A stretch of DNA of 55,820 nt from Macrostomum lignano (taxonomy: Eukaryota), in NCBI GenBank assembly GCA_002269645.1, contig NIVC01002650.1, forward strand, positions 1-55,820, written 5' to 3'. The position numbers and the translations under genes were made by a program. The notes beneath the pieces are model-generated. The model was not told the DNA's origin. It searched no databases and saw only the letters and a list, made by a program, of their open reading frames with translations. This document shows positions 19,495 through 32,299 of this stretch, piece after piece (positions within the stretch are counted from its first letter, which is position 1; the number at the start of each line of letters is the position of its first letter).

Positions 19495-20730
19495 CAGAGA
19501 GGGCGCCAGCTACGAAGGGGGCGCCAGCTACGAAGGGGATTCCAGCTACAGAGGGAGACACCAGCTACAGAGGGAGGCATCAGCTACAGAGGGGGCGCCA
19601 GCTACAGAGGGGGTTCCAGCTACAGAGGGAGGCACCAGCTACGGAGGGGGTTCCAGCTACAGAGGGGGTTCTAGCTACAGAGAGGGCGCCAGCTACGGAG
19701 GGGGTTCCAGCTACAGAGGGGGCGCCAGCTACGGAGGGGGCTCCAGCTACAGAGAGGGCGCCAGCTACGGAGGGGGTTCCAGCTAAAGAGGGGGGCACCA
19801 GCTACAGAGAGGGCGCCAGCTACTCGTAGAGAGGGGCGCCAGCTACAGAGGGGGCGCCAGCTACAGAGGGGGCGCCAGCTACAGAGGGGGCGCCAGCTAC
19901 AGAGGGGGCGCCAGCTACAGAGGGGGCGCCAGCTACAGAGGGGGCACCAGCTACAGAGGGGGGCACCAGCTACAGAGGGGGGCACCAGCTAAAGAGGGGA
20001 GGGGGTTCCAGCTACAGAGCGGGAACCAGCTACAGAGGGGGTTCCAGCTACAGAGCGGGCACCAGCTACAGAGGGGGTTCCAGCTACAGAGGGGGTTCCA
20101 GCTACAGAGGGGGTTCCAGCTACAGAGGGGGCACCAGCTACAGAGGGGGTTCCAGCTACAGAGGGGGTTCCAGCTACAGAGGGGGTTCCAGCTACAGAGC
20201 GGGCACCAGCTACAGAGGGGGTTCCAGCTACAGAGGGGGCACCAGCTACAGAGGGGGTTCCAGCTACAGAGGGGGTTCCAGCTACAGAGCGGGCACCAGC
20301 TACAGAGGGGGTTCCAGCTACAGAGCGGGCACCAGCTACAGAGGGGGTTCCAGCTACAGAGCGGGCACCAGCTACAGAGGGGGTTCCAGCTACAGAGCGG
20401 GCACCAGCTACAGAGGGGGTTCCAGCTACAGAGCGGGCACCAGCTACAGAGGGGGTTCCAGCTACAGAGCGGGCACCAGCTACAGAGGGGGTTCCAGCTA
20501 CAGAGCGGGCACCAGCTACAGAGGGGGTTCCAGCTACAGAGCGGGCACCAGCTACAGAGGGGTTCCAGCTACAGAGCGGGCACCAGCTACAGAGGGGGTT
20601 CCAGCTACAGAGCGGGCACCAGCTACAGAGGGGGTTCCAGCTACAGAGCGGGCACCAGCTACAGAGGGGTTTCCAGCCACAGATTCTATATTATCTATAT
20701 AGAATCTGTGGTTCCAGCTACAGAGCGGGC
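19495..20730. repeat. 18-bp G-rich minisatellite that becomes a 36-bp dimer at its 3' end
   Basis: Unit ccagctacagagggggtt/ggca. From about 20280 the units alternate gagcgggca and gagggggtt. Confidence 0.95.
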
Positions 20731-21227
20731 ACCAGGAATGAGCTCTTATAATACTGAAGTCAGTTTTTGTTTAATACAAAATCAAGCTTGGAATTTTTTG
20801 ATGACTATTTTACGCCCGATTCTTATCACCGGATCTCCCAGACGGAGAAATACACGCGGCACGTGACAAAATGTTTTCGAATGTCCTCTTTTGGGGCAGT
20901 TGAAAAAGTGGTGCGTCAGAGTCAGTTTGGTATGGGTGTACTTTTGCATCTGGGCTAGCTATTTTAAGTAACAGCAAAGGTGAACCCTGCACACGTATCT
21001 GCAGTTCATTGGGTTCGAAAATAGTTTGATATTAAATTCCGCCTTAGCTAAGAACTTTCGTTCTGCTGCACTAGAGCGGAAATTAAGCGCGTTGCTTTCG
21101 GCATAACCCGGCAGTGCGCAGTGTCTTACAATTGGTTCGCATCGCATTTCTGGCGTTAAAGTTTTGCTTTTTGAGCTGCCATTACATTTCTACTCTCAGT
21201 TGATAGTGAAATTGGTTTTTCTGATGC

Positions 21228-23055
21228 CATTGGTGCCATTACAGTTGAGGTGGTGCCATTTTAGTTGAGGTGGTGCCATTTTAGTTGAGGTGGTGCCATT
21301 TTAGTTGAGGTGGTGCCATTTCAGTTGAGGTGGTGCCATTTCAGTTGAGGTGGTGCCATTTTAGTTGAGGTGGTGCCATTTCAGTTGAGGTGGTGCCATT
21401 ACAGTTGAGGTGGTGCCATTTTAGTTGAGGTGGTGCCATTTCAGTTGAGGTGGTGCCATTTCAGTTGAGGTGGTGCCATTTCAGTTGAGGTGGTGCCATT
21501 TCAGTTGAGGTGGTGCCATTTTAGTTGAGGTGGTGCCATTTTAGTTGAGGTGGTGCCATTTTAGTTGAGGTGGTGCCATTTCAGTTGAGGTGGTGCCATT
21601 ACAGTTGAGGTGGTGCCATTTTAGTTGAGGTGGTGCCATTTCAGTTGAGGTGGTGCCATTTCAGTTGAGGTGGTGCCATTACAGTTGAGGTGGTGCCATT
21701 TTAGTTGAGGTGGTGCCATTTCAGTTGAGGTGGTGCCATTTCAGTTGAGGTGGTGCCATTTCAGTTGAGGTGGTGCCATTTCAGTTGAGGTGGTGCCATT
21801 TCAGTTGAGGTGGTGCCATTTCAGTTGAGGTGGTGCCATTACAGTTGAGGTGGTGCCATTTTAGTTGAGGTGGTGCCATTTCAGTTGAGGTGGTGCCATT
21901 TCAGTTGAGGTGGTGCCATTTCAGTTGAGGTGGTGCCATTTCAGTTGAGGTGGTGCCATTTCAGTTAAGGTGGTGCCATTTCAGTTGAGGTGGTGCCATT
22001 TCAGTTGAGGTGGTGCCATTACAGTTGAGGTGGTGCCATTTTAGTTGAGGTGGTGCCATTTCAGTTGAGGTGGTGCCATTTCAGTTGAGGTGGTGCCATT
22101 TCAGTTGAGGTGGTGCCATTTCAGTTAAGGTGGTGCCATTTCAGTTGAGGTGGTGCCATTTCAGTTAAGGTGGCGCCATTTCAGTTAAGGTGGCGTCATT
22201 TCAGTTAAGGTGGCGCCATTTCAGTTGAGGTGGCGCCATTTCAGTTAAGGTGGCGTCATTTCAGATAAGGTGGCGCCATTTCAGTTAAGGTGGTGCCATT
22301 TCAGTTTGAGAGAGGCGCCATTTCAGTTAAGGTGGCGCCATTTCAGTTAAGGTGGTGCCATTTCAGTTAAGGTGGCGCCATTTTAATTGAGGTGGCGCCA
22401 TTTCAGTTAAGGTGGCGCTATTTCAGTTGAGGTGGCGCCATTTAAGTTGAGGTGGCGCCATTTCAGTTTGAGAGAGGCGCCATTTCAGTTAAGGTGGTGC
22501 CCTTTCAGTTAAGGTGGTGCCATTTCAGTTGAGGTGGTGCCATTTCAGTTGAGGTGGTGCCATTTCAGTTGAGGTGGTGCCATTTCAGTTGAGGTGGTGC
22601 CATTTCAGTTGAGGTGGTGCCCTTTCAGTTAAGGTGGCGCCATTTCAGTTGAGGTGGCGCCATTTCAGTTAAGGTGGTGCCATTTCAGTTGAGGTGGTGC
22701 CCTTTCAGTTAAGGTGGTGCCCTTTCAGTTAAGGTGGCGCCATTTCAGTTGAGGTGGCGCCATTTCAGTTAAGGTGGCGCTATTTCAGTTGAGGTGGCGC
22801 CATTTCAGTTAAGGTGGCGCTATTTCAGTTGAGGTGGCGCCATTTAAGTTGAGGTGGCGCCATTTCAGTTGATGGGGCGCCATTTCAGTTAAGGTGGTGC
22901 CATTTCAGTTAAGGTGGCGCCATTTCAGTTAAGGTGGCGCCATTTCAGTTAAGGTGGCGTCATTTCAGTTAAGGTGGCGTCATTTCAGTTAAGGTGGCGC
23001 CATTTCAGTTAAGGTGGCGCCATTTCAGTTTGAGAGAGGCGCCATTTCAGTTGAG
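21228..23055. repeat. 20-bp minisatellite (about 90 copies)
   Basis: Unit ttcagttgaggtggtgccat. Variants ttaagg and ggcgcc accumulate after about 22150. Confidence 0.97.
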
Positions 23056-23424
23056 GGGGGCGCCAGCACCAGAGGCACCAGCACCAGGGGCGCCAGCATC
23101 TCTAATAACTACCAATACTAAATAAGTTGGTAATAAAAAATCGCTTGAGTCGCTGCAATGGATTGAGCAACTGCTCATTAGTTAATAATTCCGAGCTGAT
23201 ATTTTTATTTAGTAGAGACAATTAACTTTTCAAAATGGTAAAATGTTTGTACACGCGCCATGCAGGGGGGACTGCAGTGTGGCTTCGAATTCTGGCTTTT
23301 AAAATAATGTTTTTTTATCGCAAGCAGCAGAACTTTTTCTCCTTGCTGTGGAGTCGCTGTGGGGCCACTACTTCAGCTGTGCTGAGTCTTTCAGACTGAA
23401 TACTGAGGCAAAACTGGGTGGCAT

Positions 23425-24904
23425 TCAATTTCTAGGAAAGCCATCGCGCAGGTCGGCTTGGATGGAGTTCTTCAGCCAGTCGAACAGCACGCTGACGCGC
23501 TGGAACACTCCGCTGTGATAGCCGCAGCCGCGCGGGTGCCCGAAGCTGGTGATGCCGTACAGGTACCAGCGCTCGGCGCCGTCGGGTGTGCCAGCCGGCT
23601 TGTCTGAGCAGAACAGGCCGCCGCCACTGTCGCCGGAGCAGGTGTCACTGCCGGAGGCTGAGGCGCACACGTGAGTCAGCGGGTTGATGCGGACGCTGGT
23701 CCTGGCGTACTCCTCCTGACAGCGGCTGTTGTCAGTCAGGTACAGCCGGGCCTCCCGCAGCGTCGGCGACATTGGACCGTCTTCGGCTTTGCGGCCTTGC
23801 CGACCGAAACCGATGGCGGTGCACATCGTGTTGGTGGGGAGCTCCGACACCCGATGGCGCTCCGGCGGCAGGCAGGCAAGCTTGACGTGATTGCCGAGCG
23901 TCACCGGCCAGTCCAGCTTCAGCAGGGCCACGTCGTACTCCAGGTTGCCGGCCCGGATGCCCGGGTGTGTGCGGATCTTCACCACCCGCCGTGTCTGCTC
24001 GTTCGGGTGTTTTTCACGCGTGTCGTGGTCGCCAACCACTGCGTACACTTGACGCAACCTGTGATTGCCAACAACGCAGTGCCTGGCGGTCAGCACGAAC
24101 TGCGGATGGATCAGGGTGCCACCGCAGATCTGCTGGACACCGCCGTAGCGACGGTTGCGACGGTTGCGCACCAGTCTGACCTGCGGGGGTGGGTGTGCCA
24201 TTGTGGTTGGATGGAACTGTCTCTGCTCTCTGCTCTCTCCTCTCTCCTCACATGCTTTCTAGCATGCGGAGTCAGCGAACTGGGCATGATGGCTTGCCGC
24301 CTCGCTGACTGCGGGTCGGCTGATGAGTGTCTGCGGCGCTAAAATGAGTGCCTGCGGCGCTATAGAAGCTGCAACTACAATCTGCAATCTTAGCTTTATG
24401 CATTTTTATACGGCTCAAAGGTGAGTTTCGAATTTTTTGTACTATTAATCGTGGCTTCTCTCAAAACAATGCAGGTCTAGTGGGGAGATCAAAGGGGTGG
24501 GGCAGACTCACGTGCCAAGGCCAGCTGTGCGGCTGCGACTCCACTCCGCCGAAGATTCTCTGCACCACGGGGTCGCGCCGTTGGCCGCATTCCACAGTGG
24601 TCAGATTGATGTTGATCAGGCAGTCCCCGGTGAAGCAGTCCTGCTGCTGGAAGATGTTATTGCAAGGCCAGAGAAAGTTTTTCGATTCGCAGGTCCGGCG
24701 CCTGTACTGCTTGCACTTGTTGGTGCAGAAGCCCCAGGCGTTCCACTCGCCGTAGGTAACGTAAGAGTCATAAGCGTAAGCGCCGTCCGCGGCTGCAGAG
24801 GTCAGGCAGCAGCAGACGATGAGCATCAGGGCTACGACTAGCTGCGTCAATCGTATTGACGTCGATGCGGCTGCGGCAGCTGCCGGCGCAAATGCAGTGT
24901 TCAT
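23425..24904 (-). CDS. Secreted trypsin-like serine protease with an N-terminal TSP1-like repeat (exons 24904-24512 and 24180-23425)
   Basis: Hydrophobic leader LVVALMLIVCCCLTSA. TSP1-like GEWNAWGFCTNKCKQYRRRTC. Activation site R|IFGG. Catalytic triad TARHC, YDVALL and GDSGG, with Asp189 in DTCSGDS. Phase-0 intron CAC|gtgagt...ccgcag|GTC. Confidence 0.92.
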
Positions 24905-26008
24905 ATTTCTGGTCCTGGAATTATTCCTGGATTTTCGATGCAGGGGATAGCGTACCGCCAAGCCACTACTGTGGAGGTCGGGAGCGAGGGCAGCTTTGGA
25001 CTATCGGCCAATATATACACGTAAAGATTGTCGTTCCTTTATCTGTGCCCTGTTGGCCTGCCAGAAATACGTCAGCTAGGCTATAGCTAGCGCCCAAGCT
25101 TTCCTTTCCCTACCATCCCAGTGGCGTCTGCACCGCCAATCCTAAGAAAGATCTGAACGGGGCGCGGGACCGAAACTGTGTGGCGTCATTTGTTTATATG
25201 GCCCCATCCGAATGCGTAAGCGCATGCAGGCACAGCCGCCCCCGATCTGCAGATGTTTTGACCTCTACATACTGCAGTCAGCCCATCGACCATAGGCAAG
25301 ACCTACTAGGCAATCAAGCGATATTGCTCTCTGAACGCAAATTATTTTATCTGTTGCAATGAATCATATGATCTATTGCAGCTACGAATTTCATGCAAAG
25401 AAATTTCCGACTATCAAAGGCAAAAACTTCCGACACACTATATGCCTGTACCTGTATAATATGGGTAAAAAAGCCTTACAAACACTTCAAAAAAAGAAGT
25501 TTTGCATCACCCACAATGAATATACAGAATTTAATTGACTTACACATGTACGATATAAAATTCAATTACAAGTGTAACTGTAGGTCCCACTTATCTGATA
25601 AAAGCAAGCCTTTAGTGTTAGAAAGACCCTGGACCTACTCACTCTTTGTTTTAGTTTTGAAAATGCAAATTTAAATATTACAAATAGCTAGGATATTATT
25701 ACTACATGTACATGTAGGCTACATAGTATATAAGGACCTGTACGGTACACATGTATACTGCCGAAGCTGATGATCTGCACCTGTATCTAATTAATGGCAT
25801 CATGGAACAACAAACTGGGTAAATTCAGAATGTTACGATGTACATGATGTACAATGCATTATGTATGCGCTTGTATAATGAAAAGACACCAAACTTAAAA
25901 CTACAATATACTTAGCTTGCAGTGTGTCAGTGTTATATATTGCATATAGTAACTGCATTATAAACTGCTGTAAACCTTCCAGTCTGACAAATGGAGATCT
26001 GATCAGAT

Positions 26009-27951
26009 TGATGAGGACGCACTTTTATCCAAATTTCACGCTCGCACATGGGCTCCAAACTGGCTAGCCTACTAACAGCAGGCTATGGGCATTTTTCTCC
26101 TTTTTTGTAATTTTTCTAGAATTCATACTACTAGTAGGACTTTTGTAGCTATATGAATCTGCCATACTTGTAGTTATAATAACATAGGCGCGGTTTTTTG
26201 CTGCTTTTGGGGTCATAAATCATTGCTTTTGAGCTGGTCTGACAGCCACCTGCGCCTCACTCAATGCTGAGGCCACGGACTACTTAATTGTCGTTTATTA
26301 ATTGTCTACTTAAGTAGTCCGTGGCTGAGGCTGGCGCCAGATGGTCTGAGAGGATCGATGCGGGCGGTAGCTTTTTTCTCATCATTTTTGACAGGCCATC
26401 AGATTTATGAGATCAGGGCCTATTGTTCGTGTTCACTCAAGCGTTTGACAGCTTTGACAGCTATGCGTTTTACCCCTAAAAGTACTTTGGGATTAGCGAT
26501 TAGCGATTCCTCTTCACCATCTTCACTTTCTACTTAATAAGAGCTTTCTAATGCATATTTTTCATTAATTTTTGTCATTCCTACGCGAAAGGTCATAAAT
26601 CATTATGTAGCGATTTTGAGTGAGTTATGACTGCACCTGGCGTATTTTTATGGCCTTGAGGGAACTGATAGGATCTTCTGGTCACGTGAGTTTGGGTGGC
26701 AACAAGCTCAGCCAATCAGAAAATTCGACGTCAGTTATAACTCATAACCATAACTTATAGCTCAGCCAATCAGCGTCGAGGTGTTCCGTTATAACAAATT
26801 GCGGTCCAGTTGGCGGCTATTTAAACCGGTGTTTTTGGCCCGCCCGGACCTCAACCTCCTGGGACCTTGGCCTACTAACTTAGACCTCCCGGAGCTCGAC
26901 CGTCGTCTCTTGATCCCCGGATCGCAACTTCCCCCGTCACCATCAAGGACGAATTCCCCCGGTCGTCAGCAGCGAACATCAAGGTTAAGATAATCACCTG
27001 CTAGCTATCTGCGAAGATTGTGACATCAGCATCATCCCGGGTCTACAGCTGCGAAGCACTAAGCCGATTCGGTCACTGTGGATTACCTGGTCTCCGGCTG
27101 TTGAGTTTCTGATTGGTTTGGTGAGAGGCTACCTAGACTTGCTTGATTGGGTGATCCCTTATCTGTCCCCTATTTCAGTAGCTGGATTAGGCGCACACAT
27201 TTGCTCATCTTGTTCAGTAGTGCTGTTGCTGAGGCAGAAGTCATTCAATAATACTGCTAGTAGTCTGAAACTCCAATTCAATCTGAAGTGTGAAGGGATT
27301 TAGTGAGAAGGTTAAATCTGACAGTTATTTTATCGGTTTTATTTCTTTATTCGCCTATGGCTCAGATGAGTAGCTCGGGTAATGAATCATGCGGTCTCTG
27401 AAGTTCGAGGTAGTCTATCATCAGCGCTACGAGAGGCTGGTTGGCGCGTTGAAAGCCAAAAGTACAACTCCTCGTATTTAGCTATGTATAGTACATGTAA
27501 CTACCCCATAGTCTCGCCACTGCAAGAATCCCCTGCACAAGTCCCCTCTGTACCTGCATGGCCAATGCGATCTAGTCCCAGCAGTGTCCCTTAACATCGG
27601 CTATGACTTCGAGATAGACAGCAAAAAGACACTAGTTGGCAGGTGAGTGCTAAGCCCCCTCTAGTCGGAAGCCCGATTTCGAAAGTTCCGGTTTGGTGAG
27701 CCAGGACGCAGGGGCTGGTGGCAGCGGGTTAGTTAATCTGCGGATTAGCTAATCTCTACCTTCAAAATTCTCCCTGCTTGTCTCTCGCTGTCCCTCTCTT
27801 AGCTATAGGACCTAGGCTGCTCGCCACAGATCAAGCTACCATGGGGCTGACCATCTGACAGGAGTGGGGGGCCAGGACTCTAATTGATTTATTTCTGAGA
27901 CCTGAGGCCCGAAGGCTTCCACAAAGGAGCCGAAAAGGCCGAAACCCATCA
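26009..27951 (+). mobile_element. Solo LTR-like element A (about 1.94 kb)
   Basis: Termini TGATGAGGACGC...CCCATCA (TG..CA with a TGATG/CATCA inverted end). Flanks AGAT/ATAT form a 4-bp TSD with one mismatch. CCAAT boxes and TATTTAAA at 26.71-26.83 kb. Homologous to element B in the opposite orientation. Confidence 0.8.
26273..26324. mobile_element. 52-bp hairpin mini-insertion inside LTR A
   Basis: Perfect 15-bp inverted repeat ccacggactacttaa/ttaagtagtccgtgg, flanked by the direct repeat CTGAGG (26267-72 and 26325-30). Confidence 0.6.
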
Positions 27952-28440
27952 ATATGAATGATGCAGCATTGCGAATTCGCATCATGATGCATGCAGATGT
28001 AACGAGGGGTGCACAAAACGTTTTGGCAACTGGGTTCCCAATTGCAGATAAATTGTTGGTAAATCTTTAAACTCTAAAGTCCTACAATGTGATCACCGCC
28101 ACGTTCTATGCATTTCTGATGACAACGGATCCATGCCTCGAAGGCAGCGCGGTACTCTGAAGCTGGCATGGTGTTCAGCTCTGAATTAATGCGGCGAGTC
28201 AGGTCTTCCGGGGCCGCTGAAAATGGCATCCAGCCATGCGTTCGGTCAGCTTTGGGAAGGCCCAGAAGCCGCAGGGCGCCAAGTCAGGACTGTATGGAGG
28301 GTGCGGTATCACCTTGAGCTTGTTATCGGCCAAAAAGCTCGTTGTCATGGCCGCAGTGTGGCTGGAGGCGTTGTCGTGGTGCAAGTGAATTCTGCCAAGG
28401 TTGGCTGCTTTTCCATGACTAAAGCCACGACTATAACAAA

Positions 28441-28905
28441 CAGTGGCGGCGCAGGACCTCCAGCTGGGGGGGGGGGGGGGGGGGGGTTGGGTGGTCACCC
28501 CCCCCCCCGGCTGGGTGGTCACTCCCAGAAAAAATTATCAAAAAAAACGTAATAAGTTCTTTGATTCTATGAATTAGGCTAATGGTGTTTTCCAAGAAAA
28601 ATAATTACATTCCAGCTTTCCAAAATCGTTAGGATTCGTTATCGCCCAGGCCCAGTTCGCGGTTCGCCCTCAAAGGGTGACCACCCTTACAGCCTACAGG
28701 CCCTACCGGGTGACCACCCCCTGAGGTCTCAGGTGACCACCCCCATGCCCCATGGGGTGACCACACTTTTGAAAAAATATGGTAAAGTACCAATTTTTTT
28801 TAAGTGGGTGGTCACCCCCTGGGGGTGGTCACCCCCTGAGGGTGGTGAGGGGTGGTCACCCGGGGCAGCCCGCCCCCCCCCCGCCCCCCCCCTGCACCGC
28901 CACTG
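28441..28905. mobile_element. hAT-type MITE (465 bp) inserted in the mariner
   Basis: TIR cagtggcggcgcagg/cctgcaccgccactg, perfect 8-bp TSD ATAACAAA (28433-40 and 28906-13), and subterminal ggtcacccc motifs. Confidence 0.92.
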
Positions 28906-29247
28906 ATAACAAAACCTCGCCAGTAAGCACTGGAAAAGTGCTTACATCGCAGCGAAAAAACTGCTGCCTCCTCTCGTCCAAAGGAAAAATAAAAAGAGCC
29001 GCCTGCGAACGCGTGATGCAGTTGACACGCTTTGCTTTGGGGGGCAGTATAGATGCTGAAAAAGATGACGAACATCATGCGTCCGTGAGCGAAAACCCAG
29101 GGCGCATAACAGTTGACGGTCTTCATCGGAACCAATCCAAACCAATTGTTTTGGTTATTGTTGGAAGTAGTAAAACCACTTCTCGTCACCAGTCACGACA
29201 CCAGTATAGTGCCACCTTCGCCGAAGCATCGCAGAAATTCTTGGCTG

Positions 29248-32200
29248 TGATGGGTTCGGCCTTTTTAAGCCTACAGCTTCGGGCCTCAGAACTCAGAAAT
29301 GAATCACTTAGAACTCTGGCCTCTCACTCCTGTCAGATGGTCAGCCCCATGGTAGCTAGACTGTGGGCGAGCAGCAAAGTCCTATAGCTAAGAGAAGACA
29401 GCGAGAGACAAGCAGGGAAAATTTGAAAGGTAGAGATTAGCTAATCCGCAGATTAACTAACCCGCTGCCACCAGTCCGTGCGTCCCGGCTCACCATACCG
29501 GAGCTATCGAAATCGGACTTCCGACTAGAGGGGAATTGAATTAACCTGCCATCTAGTGCCTTTTAGCTGTCTAAATCTCGAAGTCATAGCCGAATAGAAG
29601 GGACGCTGCTGGGACTAAGATCGCATTGGCCATGCAGGGACAGAGAGAACTTCTGCAGGGGGTTCTTGCGCTGGCGAGCCTCTATACACTACTAAATGTA
29701 CTATTTCAATACCAAATTCCCAGAAGTACATGTATCAGTACACGCAACTGCACGCTTTTGGCACTAAATGTGTTAACACGTCGACAGATAGGGATGATGT
29801 AGATGTATTTGTTACTTTTGGAGACCTTCTGACTAATATTTATCTCGTTCTAGCCGCTTAGCTGCCTGAGACCGCGCGAAGGCGCCAGTCTGGCACTTAA
29901 TTCGCATGCTTATCATGATTTCTGAGAACGACTGATTGACTGGGAACTGCGCCGCTTCCGGTCCACTGTGACCTCTGCCCCTAGATCTAGCCACTCATGT
30001 CAGCTGGTATTACGAAAAATAAAGAAAACATTAAGTCTTTAGCTTCCAGATTTAACTTTCTCACTTAATCCGCAATCCTAGACACTTTAGATTGAGTTAG
30101 AGCGAATGGCTACTTTTAATATTAACTGACACTTCTGCCTCGAGTTTGGCACACAAAAGCAAGTAAGCAAAAGTGCAAATCCTATCAGACTACCTAGGAA
30201 GGGGTCAGACAAAGGGCGCACCCAGTTGAGCAGGTCAAGAAAGCCTCACCAAACCAATCAGAGGACCTAACTGCCGGTAGCCAAGGAATCCACAGAGACC
30301 GCAGCGCTGTTGTCGTTGCCGGTTGTCGTTGCTGCTCTTAGATCACTGCCGGGAAATATCGATGATGCTTCTCAGGGGAACTTAGCTGCTGAAGCCGGAA
30401 CGGCCGGGGGAAGGGGGACCAGACGTCGAAGACGCAGCAGATGCCGAAGGGGCCGTCTAAGACAGGGGTTAGGACCGTGCAAGTGTAGAGTGTTCTACCT
30501 CCCGTAAAGAAGACATAAAAGTGTTAATGTACTACTCACACATTTTATTCAGTAGTAAGTCGAAGAGCATGAATAAAGGTATGCTTTGAATTATAAGTAT
30601 ATTCTGACTAACCAATAGAAAGAGAGAAATCTCGAGCATGCTAATTTTAGAAATCACCCAATCACGTGCGACCAACAACTGTCAATTCAAACCCACCTTC
30701 AAGTCATCATTTGGTTTGCACTCGGGTTGCACCCGGATGAACCAATCAAAGTCTACCAGCTACGGTAACCAATCATGCGCTTTTACAGTAGACTAGTTGC
30801 GCAACTTTCTACCCTGTCATGCTTGACAGCCACCGAATCGTGACCCTTTGACATTTGCGAAGACAGTGATGTACGACCTCGAGAGAGGTCTGAACGCCTA
30901 TAAATACAAGTGGTCCGGAACGGACTCAGAGCCAACAATTCCTCCGGAAGGAGAAGAGCTCCGAAGAGGAAGCCACTACAGGACTTCCTACAGAAGACTC
31001 GTCGAGTTCTTGCGGTAAGCCTTACTCATTTGCGCCTGTGTTTTGAGACGTCTCGTTGGAGTTTAGTTTGAGTCTGTTGAGACTCCTGAGTCTGTTTAGA
31101 CTCTACTGGTTGCAGTCTCCAGAAGGACTGCCCCTGATAGATCTTAGAAGACTATCAGTGGTTTCCGGAGCTATACCTAGAGTGCATAGAGGCACTGCTA
31201 GAAGGAGTAGGCTTATGTTAAACCGCAGTTTGGCGCAGGGTACCCATTGTTAATTTGGAAGCTTCTTATTGGTCCGAACGACAGATACCGGCCGGCAAAA
31301 GAAGAAAAGAGAAACTCGGACCAGGACTACAAGTCGAGTCGAATTCAGGCCTGAGCTACAGATCGAGATCTACACGAGATCTACGAAGGACTCAAAGAAG
31401 GAGAGATATCTCATAAGAAGTCAAGGTAATTGAATACCTTCGTTTGAATTACTGGGTTGCCTAGCTAAAGAGTTAGAATTGTGATTGTTCTTTGATTACC
31501 GAAGTCGGGTAATAAGGAACACATCACAAGAAGGGAGGTCCAAGCCGGCCTTTTCGAGCGCGGGTCGAGTTGCCGCCTTTTGTAGCTCTCATGCGGCCGA
31601 TTTGTTATAACGCGCGCCGAATTTTCTGATTGGCTGAGAGCTTTTGTTAAAATAGGCGCCGAATTTTCTGATTGGTCGAGCCGGGGGCAGTCAGGTCGAC
31701 TCTGGTTGGCTGAGCTCAAGACCCCAAAACCCACCCTACCAGGTGGCCTTCAGACCCCAGGGAAGATGACAGGTGCGGTCATAAATCATGCGCAAAACAT
31801 AATAAATGTCACTTGTCTAGACATCCTGGCGCCAAAAGTGACAGCAAAACACCCATAAATTAAAAGAAAAAGTAACAGAGCGAGTGGGGAGAAAGCTGGA
31901 AAGACCTCTTTGACCCAGACAGGCTGGAGCCAAAAGTGACAGCTAGACCGCCATAAATCAATGAAAACAGTGAAAAAGCCGCAAATCTGGGGTCAGAATG
32001 GGGTTGAAACCATTCCTTCCAGACTTAGTGTCGCCCGTCTAGACTGCTAGAGGTCAATCCGTCGTCTCAAACCCAGACAGTCTGACCTTCAAAGATGCGT
32101 AAACAATCCAAAATTAGAATCCTTAGAGAAGTACATTAAGTATTCATCATAATTAATAGTGATGGCATAAATTAGTGTTGAACTTAGCCTGGATGAGAGA

Positions 32201-32299
32201 ATGGAGAGAGATTCCTAAGCTAGCCTACTGACAGTAGGGGAAAAGCGCATCGAAGCGAAATGTGCGGTTTTAAGATTGCAAAAAGATGCGTCCTCATCA
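29248..32299 (-). mobile_element. Solo LTR-like element B (same family as A), inserted in the mariner
   Basis: Termini TGATGGG...GCGTCCTCATCA with a perfect 4-bp TSD GCTG (29244-47 and 32300-03). Removing it restores the transposase reading RVRCS|QEFLRCFGEGG. Confidence 0.88.
30484..31526 (+). mobile_element. Solo LTR-like element C (1043 bp) nested in B
   Basis: TGTAG...CATCA termini with TSD CAAG (30480-83 and 31527-30). Four CCAAT boxes, TATAAAT at 30899 and a donor GTAAGC at 31015. Removing it makes B collinear with A. Confidence 0.75.

Noticed and set aside
26009-30400. A and B as the inverted terminal repeats of one DIRS or Polinton-like element
   Set aside because: Each copy has its own TG..CA ends and its own TSD. 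The interior is mariner plus MITE with no RT, tyrosine recombinase or integrase.
26330-31830. TGGCGCC motifs as retroviral primer-binding sites
   Set aside because: They lie inside the LTR-like units rather than just after a 5' LTR, and the match does not visibly extend to a tRNA 3' end.
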